A stretch of 58,764 bases of DNA from Candidatus Saccharimonadales bacterium (GTDB taxonomy: Bacteria > Patescibacteriota > Saccharimonadia > QS-5-54-17), in contig JBBDOS010000009.1 in NCBI GenBank assembly GCA_040876925.1, positions 1 through 58,764 on the forward strand, given 5' to 3'. The notes under the pieces were generated by a model that was not told the origin of the DNA, ran no database searches, and was given only the letters and a program-made list of their open reading frames with translations. Shown piece after piece: positions 37,313 to 45,336 of the stretch (positions within the stretch are counted from its first letter, which is position 1; each line of letters begins with the position of its first letter). The translations under genes were made by a program, and so were the position numbers.

Positions 37313-37816
37313 CTATTTTTTTCTAATAACCATGTTTAGTTGCTTACCACTCAAGCTTGGTTTTTGATCAACTACAGCCACATCTTCTAGGTCTTGAGCA
37401 AGATTATCTAACAGTTCATTGCCTAGTTCGGGATGGATAATTTCTCTACCCTTAAATCTTACAGTAAATTTTACTTTATGGCCCTTTTCCATAAATTTAC
37501 GTGCTTGATTGGTTTTAACCTCTAGGTCGTGGCTATCAATTTTTAGACCTAACCTTATCTGTTTCATCTCTTGAGCTTTCTGACTTTTTCTAGCTTTTTG
37601 CTCTTGTTTAGTTTTCTCGTATTGATATTTACCCCAGTTAATCATTTTTACTACAGGTGGGTTTGCCTGAGGAGATATCTCTACCAAATCTAAACCCTCT
37701 TCATCAGCTTTATCAAAAGCATCTTTTAGGCTCATTACGCCAAGCTGTTCTCCAGCATCATCTATTAATCTGATCTCAGGGGATTTTATTTGCTGATTTA
37801 GGCGCGGCTCTTTGAT
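37313..37816 (-). CDS. infC: Translation initiation factor IF-3 (non-canonical ATC start)
   Basis: Frame is open 27 codons upstream of the listed ATG (IKEPRLNQQIKSPEIRLIDDAGEQLGVM); AAGGAG 6 nt before ATC at 37816. Confidence 0.93.
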   Translation of the reverse strand: MKEPRLNQQIKSPEIRLIDDAGEQLGVMSLKDAFDKADEEGLDLVEISPQANPPVVKMINWGKYQYEKTKQEQKARKSQKAQEMKQIRLGLKIDSHDLEVKTNQARKFMEKGHKVKFTVRFKGREIIHPELGNELLDNLAQDLEDVAVVDQKPSLSGKQLNMVIRKK

Positions 37817-37891
37817 GTATCTCTCCTTAATTATCTGCCAAATTTTAGCAAATTATAGATACTCCAGTCAATAAGGTGTTATTGAAACTAG

Positions 37892-38659
37892 CTATCTTTT
37901 GAATAAACCAATAAGTTTAATCGGTTTTTGGGATAGTCTTATTCTGAATATATTGTCTTTCATAGTGCTACCATCAAAAGTGGCTATGCATTCCTCCTTG
38001 GTTTCTAGTACTGCTAACCTAGCCCTAATTTGAGAGATATTATTGAATGCCTCTAGCTTATTTGTAGTTTTATTAACTTTTTGATTACCTAGCTTTATAT
38101 TGCTGGTAATCTTAATTAACAGAGAGCTAGATGTGTCTGAACTATGCAGGTTAGCATTAGTAACTTCACATGTATGCATGGGAGTTACTAATTCGTTTTC
38201 TCCATCTAATTGCAAGGTGGCTTTTTTAATGCGGATAGATTTAGTGGGTTTAATTTTGCAGTAATTTAAAAATGGATTATCGTTTAAGTATATTGGATAG
38301 AAATTATATAGTCTCCTCGATGATAAAGCTTCACAGGCTTGTTCCCAATTTGTTATTCCAAGTAATTTAGTAAAAGAGTTGCCGCCATCTATAGGTATAA
38401 ATCCTATAGCTATAGATGTTTTACCGGTAGAGTCTATAGCTGTTACTACTTCATTGACGGTCTTATCATCACCTATAATTACTATAGTCTGAACCCCTTG
38501 TTTGATAGCTGATCTAGTTATTTTAGTGGTATCTTTTTCATAAAGAGTTTTTGATATGTCACCATCTATGTTTAATTGTCTAATCTTGCTCTTGAGTTTG
38601 TCCTCTATAGAATAAAATTGAGAAGATTTTGTATTAGGATTGATTATGTAGTGATACAT
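37892..38659 (-). CDS. Diacylglycerol-kinase-family-like protein (divergent)
   Basis: YIINP, IVIIGDDKTVNEVV (degenerate GGDGT), IGFIPI.GGN.FTKLLGI. Confidence 0.7.
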   Translation of the reverse strand: MYHYIINPNTKSSQFYSIEDKLKSKIRQLNIDGDISKTLYEKDTTKITRSAIKQGVQTIVIIGDDKTVNEVVTAIDSTGKTSIAIGFIPIDGGNSFTKLLGITNWEQACEALSSRRLYNFYPIYLNDNPFLNYCKIKPTKSIRIKKATLQLDGENELVTPMHTCEVTNANLHSSDTSSSLLIKITSNIKLGNQKVNKTTNKLEAFNNISQIRARLAVLETKEECIATFDGSTMKDNIFRIRLSQKPIKLIGLFKR

Positions 38660-38679
38660 ATAGTTTCCACAAGAGCTGT

Positions 38680-39087
38680 TTATTCTTCCTCGTTCGAATC
38701 TTTGTCCATTCCTCTAATATCAATTTTTCCTGATATAGATGCACCTTTTTCTACTAATATATCCTGAGATTTAATATTGCCATTTATTCTAGCGCTCCTC
38801 TCACAAATAACTTTATCTTGGCAATCGATATTACCGATAACCTCTCCAGATATATTGGTTGTTGTAGACTTAATATCACCCAAAATTGTTCCTCCATCCC
38901 TGATATAGATAGTTTTTTGAGATGATATGTCTCCTTTTATTTCTCCATATATCCAAATATCGTTTTCGCTAATCAAATCTCCACTAAACACTGCGCCAGA
39001 AGCTATAACTGTACTAAGTGGATCAATCTGAATACTGGTGCTACTGTTGTTGCTAAGTAGACTTTTGATGCTCTTTAGTATCTGCAT
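38680..39087 (-). CDS. Bactofilin (polymer-forming cytoskeletal protein)
   Basis: TVIASGAVFSGDL, IYGEIKGDI, ISGEVIGNI, ARINGNI, VEKGASISG beta-helix repeats. Confidence 0.88.
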   Translation of the reverse strand: MQILKSIKSLLSNNSSTSIQIDPLSTVIASGAVFSGDLISENDIWIYGEIKGDISSQKTIYIRDGGTILGDIKSTTTNISGEVIGNIDCQDKVICERSARINGNIKSQDILVEKGASISGKIDIRGMDKDSNEEE

Positions 39088-39103
39088 TATAATAATCCTT
39101 TCC

Positions 39104-39583
39104 TTATTGATTAATAGCCGTATTATTTTTAGCCTGCTCTAAAGAAGATGCCTCTTCTTTAGAGAGAGTATAGTCGCTTGTCCCATATCTTATTGGCTTT
39201 ATATATATTCTTGTGCCCTCACGGGAATGTATGCTAGTTAGAATAAATCCGCTATCATTATGATCTAGTACGCTTAAGGCAAAACTTTGATCTCCGCCTG
39301 TATTTTCGAATGGATTAAATCTTACAATAGCTGTTTTCTGCAGGCTATTAGCAGCAATATCAGATAGGTATTTGTAATTTTCTTGTAGTGATCCAAATTT
39401 ATCATTGGCTCCTTTTGTCTCAACGAAATAATGTTTTATCGTACTAGCTAGGCTACCTTTTGATTCCATGCCTCCGAATAATTGATTAATTTGTTTATTT
39501 ATTTGTCGCTGACGATAAGCAACAAATACCCCAAGCGCTAGGGCTAATGTAGATATTACTATAATAACAACAGACTCAATCAT
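39104..39583 (-). CDS. DUF4446-family protein
   Basis: N-terminal TM segment, LQKTAIVRFNPFENTGGDQSFALSVLD, REGTRIYIKP, LSKEE. Start set at ATG 39583 (GAGGA SD). Confidence 0.85.
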   Translation of the reverse strand: MIESVVIIVISTLALALGVFVAYRQRQINKQINQLFGGMESKGSLASTIKHYFVETKGANDKFGSLQENYKYLSDIAANSLQKTAIVRFNPFENTGGDQSFALSVLDHNDSGFILTSIHSREGTRIYIKPIRYGTSDYTLSKEEASSLEQAKNNTAINQ

Positions 39584-39631
39584 ATCTATCCTCAAGTATA
39601 CACTGACTATCATTCACTATATAATAGTTAT

Positions 39632-39940
39632 ATGGCAAAGAAGAAAAGAACCAGAAAACAAAAAGAAAGAGCTAAAGCTAGAAGGCTTCAGCATATCTCG
39701 TCTTTAACCACTAAAGAAGTGGCCAAAGATGATAGTAGTAATAAACAAGATACTTCATTAATGTCTCAGGACGTACAAAGTACCGAGGGTTTATTAAAAG
39801 AGGGAAGTGCTAATAAAGGTCTTGATAAGATTAAATTTAGTATCGTGATATTTCTTAGTCTTATAGCTATACAGTTCGGCTTATGGATCTTATTACGCTT
39901 AGAAATGTTGCCACAGTCCTGGATAGAGCTTCTCAGCTAA
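39632..39940 (+). CDS. Hypothetical protein, basic N-terminus and C-terminal TM helix
   Basis: MAKKKRTRKQKERAKARR; one C-terminal hydrophobic segment; TATAAT 6 nt before ATG. Confidence 0.6.
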   Translation: MAKKKRTRKQKERAKARRLQHISSLTTKEVAKDDSSNKQDTSLMSQDVQSTEGLLKEGSANKGLDKIKFSIVIFLSLIAIQFGLWILLRLEMLPQSWIELLS

Positions 39941-39965
39941 GTCAGTATACTTCTATGAGAGTTAT

Positions 39966-40937
39966 TTAAGGGGTTTTGATATATTTACGGTACCATCTGG
40001 AGGCGTATTCAGGGCTAACTTGGTTAATGTAAATGCCGGTATTTAATTCATATCCCCCAGCGATATTAATTCTAGGACTAACCTTAATAAAGAAGTGGTT
40101 ATAGTCTCCATTAACACCCTCTTGGAGATGATAATTAAAATCAATCTGGCCGTCGCTAAGAGCTGACACAACTCCCTTTAAGTGGTCAGCTAACGACTTA
40201 ATCTCTTCATCAGTTAGATCTATTATTGAATGAACCTGACGGTTTGGTATTATCCACGTCTCCAAAGGAAATTTGCTAGCAAAAGGACATATAGTTGTAG
40301 TGTGTCTAGTGTGAGCTACCACTCTTTTTTCTTGTTTGAGCTCCCAGCGGATAACATCACAGAGCGCAGAGGTACGGTGTTCTATCTGGTATTGGCTTAA
40401 TGCCTTACGTTCGCGCAATACTTGAGGAGGGATTATCTTACTAGCAATTATTTGTGAGTGTGTGTGATTTAAACTAGCTCCTGATCTAAATCCTTGATTC
40501 TTGAAGACACTAATATATGAGTATTTCTTTCTCAGTAACTTAACTCTTCGTTGATAGACTTCAAGAACTCTTACAATTTCAGTAACTGAAAGTGCGGAAA
40601 AGGGGGTATTCATTTTAGGTGTTTCTAAAACTATCTCTTGAATACCTGCTGCATCTGGATTCTTTGGCGTAAATGCTGGATATTCATTCTCAACTACTTT
40701 AACTTCCCATTTACGTCTAACTTGTAGCTTGTTTTTGCGTTCTTTAACTTCGTAAATGCTACGATTCTTCTCTATGGGGTGTTGTTTACTATTTTTCTGA
40801 CTCAATATCTCGCTACTAAGTTCCTGAGGTCTTTTACTTCGTCTAGGAGATATCACAACATAGTCGTCTAAGTAATAATGCTTGCGCAACTGAGACGACT
40901 TGCTCTCTTCTATATTTGATACTTTTTTTGCCACCAT
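39966..40937 (-). CDS. GalT-like HIT-superfamily nucleotidyltransferase (DUF4931-like)
   Basis: QLRKHYYLDDYVVISPRRSKRP, VVENEYPA, FKNQGFRSGASLNHTHSQII, CPFAS.FPLE.WI.P. Confidence 0.82.
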   Translation of the reverse strand: MVAKKVSNIEESKSSQLRKHYYLDDYVVISPRRSKRPQELSSEILSQKNSKQHPIEKNRSIYEVKERKNKLQVRRKWEVKVVENEYPAFTPKNPDAAGIQEIVLETPKMNTPFSALSVTEIVRVLEVYQRRVKLLRKKYSYISVFKNQGFRSGASLNHTHSQIIASKIIPPQVLRERKALSQYQIEHRTSALCDVIRWELKQEKRVVAHTRHTTTICPFASKFPLETWIIPNRQVHSIIDLTDEEIKSLADHLKGVVSALSDGQIDFNYHLQEGVNGDYNHFFIKVSPRINIAGGYELNTGIYINQVSPEYASRWYRKYIKTP

Positions 40938-41033
40938 AATGCTTAAGGCTTATTGTAGCAAAGACAGGGGTTTATAGTAAAATCATTTTCTATCCCTTTA
41001 GCTAAGTGTTTATGTTATAATATTACTTTGCAA

Positions 41034-41441
41034 GGGGCTGAATTATATAGCTTCGACGTGAGTATTTTGACAACTTATCTAGCGAGTCGAGTTGGTTTAC
41101 GCGTTAGCTGAACCACTACAATAAATGCAAACGCATTTGATCGCGTAAGAGAAACTGTGGCTAGCTTTTTTGCTCCTCAGCTATCTTATGCAAAAGCTAT
41201 AGTTTAACTTATAGCCATCAGCAATGTGATTATCGAATAGCATTAACTGGTGTCATATTATTCGATGTAGGATAGATAGATTTGTTACTATCTACTATCT
41301 GAAATTTTTTGTGACTACAGACTTATTCTTATTTGTTGGTTTGAAATGAATGAGTTTGGAAATATTTTTAAACCAAATACACTCGTAGAAGGATAGGAAG
41401 TCAACTTGCGGACCGGGGTGCGATACCCCGCAGCTCCACCA
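41034..41441 (+). ncRNA. ssrA: tmRNA
   Basis: GGGGCTG/CAGCTCC-A-CCA acceptor stem with G3:U pair, TTCGAC after the D-like loop, AATAAAT-GCAAAC resume motif; tag ORF 41127-41207. Confidence 0.96.
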
Positions 41442-41478
41442 AGAAAAGTGCCCGGATTTATTGTCGGGCTTTTTTCTT
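41442..41478 (+). terminator. Intrinsic terminator after ssrA
   Basis: GCCCGG/TCGGGC stem flanked by AAGAAAA and TTTTTTCTT. Confidence 0.75.
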
Positions 41479-42004
41479 GGTAAAAACCTACATAACCCAT
41501 AAACATCTACAACCCTAAAAAACTTCATATTATCCAGCTATTGTAGCGTCCCCTAAGATCTAAGTGATAATTTCACTTAATTTTACTCCCTAGGGTTCAG
41601 GTAATTTCTTACAATCCACTCAGAGCCTGTGTAATAGCCTCTGAGGCATAGTTAAGCGCATACCTGAGTGTATATGTGATTGTAATCTATCGCGCCCAAT
41701 GCGCGGCTTAATTCAAGCTACTTATTAATAGAGTGAAGAATAAATAAAACACAAGGTATACTGTTGAAAATATTCATAAGCTGCTTGCGTTTTTTATCGC
41801 TAATAATAACAAACACAATAAAATAAATATTCAATAAATAATCATTTTTTTTAGGCCCTAAAAACACACAGTATTAAGCATTATTTTCATAAAAAATCTA
41901 AATATATTTTATGAATTCTTATTTTTTTTAAATATTTTCAAAATAAAAAACAATCACACAATCAATGAATATGAGTCAAATTATAGCAATGAATGTAGGG
42001 AGTA

Positions 42005-42095
42005 TTAAATAAAAGTAACGGCTTGGTGAAGCCGTTACTTAGGGAGCTTTATTTTACGTTTTTGTTTTTGAGCACTTTTATTATTCAAAGTGCTT
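42005..42095 (-). ncRNA. Candidate ~90-nt small RNA between ssrA and smpB
   Basis: TTGACA-N17-TATCTT promoter (42130-42102), 5' hairpin AGCACTTT/AAAGTGCT, A-rich linker ending CTCCCT, perfect 12-bp terminator; no ATG. Confidence 0.5.
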
Positions 42096-42193
42096 ATCTC
42101 TAAGATATACAACTCTTATGCTAGTGTCAACACTTTTTATAACTTTTTATATTTAATTTTTAAAAATATTTCAAACCCTATTATTTATTTGGC

Positions 42194-42634
42194 CTAGATT
42201 TTTTTGACGCGTGCTATTTGTCTTTGAGCTTCACGTTTTTTAATAACTTCACGTTTATCATATTTTTTTCGAGCTGTACCAATACCTAATTCTAATTTAA
42301 CGAACCTATCAACTACGCCTATTTTAGTAGGAATGATATGATGACCATTTTGACGTTCAGATTTTATTTTTTGTATTTCGTTTTTGTTTAATAATATTTT
42401 ACGATCTCTTTCTGGTTCATGTTGTTTTAATTCACCCGCAGGAGGGTAGGGTGAAACATGAGATCCTGTCAGCATAGGTTCACCATCTACAAAACGTACG
42501 TATGACCCTTTAATGCTAACTAGCCCATTTTTTATGCTTTTTACCTCACTACCCAGTAAAACCAAACCGGCCACTACTGTATCGGTTATATCATAATCAA
42601 ATCTAGCTCGTTTATTACTGGCTATAGTCTTCAT
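42194..42634 (-). CDS. smpB: SsrA-binding protein
   Basis: IASNKRARFDY, AGLVLLGSEVKSI, HEPERDRKILL, GTARKKYDKR. Confidence 0.97.
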   Translation of the reverse strand: MKTIASNKRARFDYDITDTVVAGLVLLGSEVKSIKNGLVSIKGSYVRFVDGEPMLTGSHVSPYPPAGELKQHEPERDRKILLNKNEIQKIKSERQNGHHIIPTKIGVVDRFVKLELGIGTARKKYDKREVIKKREAQRQIARVKKI

Positions 42635-43088
42635 GCTTTTAATTATACTACATCTGTTAAATCTATATCTCTGATCACCTTTTTTAGTTCACAGTATACA
42701 ATTACCAAAAACCTTATATCTTAATGACTTAATTATACTGATAGTATTAATTATACTTATCTATCAAAAATTAAGTATACGTTCATTAGAAAAAGTACAT
42801 GTTTAGAAGTATTTAATCAAATAATCAAAAATATAAGCAATTTAAATATTTGTCTATAAAACTTAAAAATATTATTAATTTGATTATTTTTAAATCGAGC
42901 AATCAAATCGACAGAAAATCTATAAGATTATGTAGACTAATAATCTACATATAATCTATTAATATATTAAATAAATATATAAAAATTAGTTTAAGTACAA
43001 ACAAAAACACTAGATTTAATGGTTTGAACAGTGAACACAAAATATATAATTACTATCCTAATAAGGATAGTGTAGAATAATCTTAAGT

Positions 43089-43586
43089 ATGTGCAGTAGA
43101 TATCCTAGAACTAATAAATGGCTTGAAGATCTCTTTGAGAGTACTTATGGTCTATATTTTTCCGATACAGAAAAGACAAATACTATAAAAATAGAATTTG
43201 GCCGAAGAGCGAAGAGAAGGCTAGGGTCTATAAATATTAGAGCCTCAGACCCTGATCTATCACTAATTAGAGTTAATGGTTGGTTCAGGCACCAATGTAT
43301 ACCAGAGAGTATAGTGCAGTCAGTTATAGTCCACGAGCTTTGTCACTATGCTCATGGGTTTAATTCTGGGTCCGATAGTGCTCAATATAAATATCCACAC
43401 TCAGGGGGAGTTGTTAAGAATGAGTTTGCTGAAAGAGGATTAGAGGGGCTATATAAGCATCAATCTAGGTGGATAAAAGAAGAGTGGCCTAAATTTTTAC
43501 AAGAACACCACTCCAAACCCATAACAAGATCTAAACCAAAGCAAACATACTCCTCAAGGATTATTACTAGGCTCAAATACTTCTAG
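43089..43586 (+). CDS. SprT-like zinc metallopeptidase (CPR type)
   Basis: FGRRAKRRLGSI, VIVHELCHYAHG, YPHSGGVV. Confidence 0.72.
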   Translation: MCSRYPRTNKWLEDLFESTYGLYFSDTEKTNTIKIEFGRRAKRRLGSINIRASDPDLSLIRVNGWFRHQCIPESIVQSVIVHELCHYAHGFNSGSDSAQYKYPHSGGVVKNEFAERGLEGLYKHQSRWIKEEWPKFLQEHHSKPITRSKPKQTYSSRIITRLKYF

Positions 43587-43640
43587 GGCTGCTTGAGTTA
43601 ATTAGAGAGGTAGACATGTTATTAGTGGTACAATGATTTT

Positions 43641-44729
43641 ATGGACTTATTTTTGATTATTGGTGGAATTATTTTAGCTGTTACCTTAGTAATACTATGG
43701 CAAAGCTGGTATGAAAAGAAACCAAAAGACAGTATGGTGTTGATACAGGAACAGCTCAATAACCTAACTACTAAAATAGACGATCAGCTTGATAGTTTAA
43801 CAACCAGAATAGATGGTCGAATAGATAAAGGTCAGACAGAAATGCAAAACTCTTTATCTAAACAGCTATCTGAATCGTCTAGATTAATCAAAGATGTTAC
43901 AGAGAGCCTCACCAAACTAGATGACACTAATAAACAAGTTATTAATGTAACCGACCAACTACAGTCACTGCAAGATATACTAAAAAACCCTAAGCAAAGA
44001 GGTGTTTTAGGGGAGTATTATCTTGAAACTGTGTTAAAAAACGTTTTACCACCAGAGCGTTTTGCGTTACAGCATTCATTAGGTAAGAATGAAGAAGGTA
44101 AAGATTTAATAGTAGATGCCGCCATATTTTTAGATAAGAACAAGGTACTGCCTATAGACTCTAAGTTTTCTCTGGAGAATTACAACAGGTTAGTTGCAAC
44201 CCATAGTAAGGTGGAAAAAGATAAACTAGAAAAAGCTTTTAGATCTGATTTGAAGAACAGAATAGATGAGACGGCTAAATACATTAATCCATCACTTAAC
44301 ACTATGGACTTTGCTTTTATGTTCATCCCCTCAGAAGGTGTTTATTACGACCTGTTAATCAACAAGGTTGGTGGCAATAGCTCATCAAGGGATTTAATAG
44401 AATATGCTTTTCAAGATAAGAAAGTAATTATAGTATCACCTACATCGTTCATGGCTTATCTCCAGACTGTCATGCAGGGCTTAAGAAGCTTGGAGATAGA
44501 AGAGAATGTAAGGACTATCCAAAAACAAGTATCTAACCTAAACAAGCATCTATTAACTCATAATGAATATATGGCAAAATTAGGAGGTTCTTTAGGCACT
44601 ACTGTTAATCACTACAATAAGACTTATAAGGAATTATCAAAGATAGACAAAGATGTTACTCGCATAGCAGGTACTGATTCAGTAGTTGATCCAGTTGTGA
44701 TTGAAAAACCACAAACCAGTGATGACTAA
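43641..44729 (+). CDS. rmuC: DNA recombination protein RmuC
   Basis: TM segment plus coiled coil, NPKQRGVLGE, VDAAI, PIDSKF, TMDFAFMFIPSEG, IVSPT. Confidence 0.93.
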   Translation: MDLFLIIGGIILAVTLVILWQSWYEKKPKDSMVLIQEQLNNLTTKIDDQLDSLTTRIDGRIDKGQTEMQNSLSKQLSESSRLIKDVTESLTKLDDTNKQVINVTDQLQSLQDILKNPKQRGVLGEYYLETVLKNVLPPERFALQHSLGKNEEGKDLIVDAAIFLDKNKVLPIDSKFSLENYNRLVATHSKVEKDKLEKAFRSDLKNRIDETAKYINPSLNTMDFAFMFIPSEGVYYDLLINKVGGNSSSRDLIEYAFQDKKVIIVSPTSFMAYLQTVMQGLRSLEIEENVRTIQKQVSNLNKHLLTHNEYMAKLGGSLGTTVNHYNKTYKELSKIDKDVTRIAGTDSVVDPVVIEKPQTSDD

Positions 44730-44877
44730 AATGATTATTCGTTAATCTTAAACAGCAACACCACCACGATGACTATATATTTAAAAACTATACAACTTCT
44801 ATAGTGTAGATAAATATACAACTTATTTTTATATAATAATGGTTGACAACGTGTAATTGTTATGCTAAGTTGTTTAT

Positions 44878-45275
44878 AAGCTTTTAATAAAAACAAAAAC
44901 GTTAAAATTAAAAGCAAACCTTAAAAAATATCTATAGACTAGCATCTAGATCTATGGATAAACCTCCTTTCTCTAATAGGCGTTTCGCTTTTTGGTAGGG
45001 CTCAATTAAGTGTTAGAATCTAGCACTTAGCTGGGCCTTACCAAACACCATTTTTAAGTGGTAGGGCGGCGTCTACGCCCAAAAAGCATCAGTTTGCTGG
45101 AGGGCGATAAGCCGTTTCGGTAGCTTGCTTTATCTTTTCGATAAGTTGCTCCGATCGGTTTCAACGACGGGGCGATAAGCGCTACATAATTTTAAATATC
45201 GGGCGGTTTTGTCGTCTCGTCTTTTCTTTTTTGAATACACACCCCTTAGCTACTTTAAAAGTCTAGGGGGTTTTT
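44878..45275 (+). ncRNA. Unassigned ~400-nt structured RNA or leader upstream of the pheST region
   Basis: TTGACA-N17-TAAGTT promoter with TATG (44843-71); several helices with G:U pairs on the plus strand; terminator CCCCTTAG/CTAGGGGG+TTTTT at 45242-75. Confidence 0.55.
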
Positions 45276-45336
45276 GATGATAGCTATATTATTTTATCAA
45301 GATTATAGTTAATATATTTTTGCTATACTACTACCT

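Noticed and set aside
41295-41528. Overlapping 77-aa and 63-aa minus-strand ORFs
   Set aside because: Antisense to the tmRNA 3' half and its terminator; no SD or recognisable protein motif.
42897-42908. GAGCAATCAAAT also found at 58329-58340 before the 16S gene
   Set aside because: A 12-bp match is expected by chance in AT-rich DNA; no shared context.
42635-43088. Possible oriC
   Set aside because: AT-rich, but no cluster of TTATCCACA-like boxes and no dnaA/dnaN/rpmH nearby.
44735-44970. Minus-strand AAAGGAGG SD with 60-aa and 23-aa hydrophobic ORFs (type I toxin candidate)
   Set aside because: The nearest ATG is 17 nt from the SD, the 60-aa ORF runs through the plus-strand promoter, and G:U pairing indicates a plus-strand RNA.
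45051-45070. T-box-like TGGTA upstream of pheS
   Set aside because: Lacks the GGTGG-N-ACC-RCG antiterminator consensus and Stem I AG/GA motifs, and is ~180 nt from the terminator.
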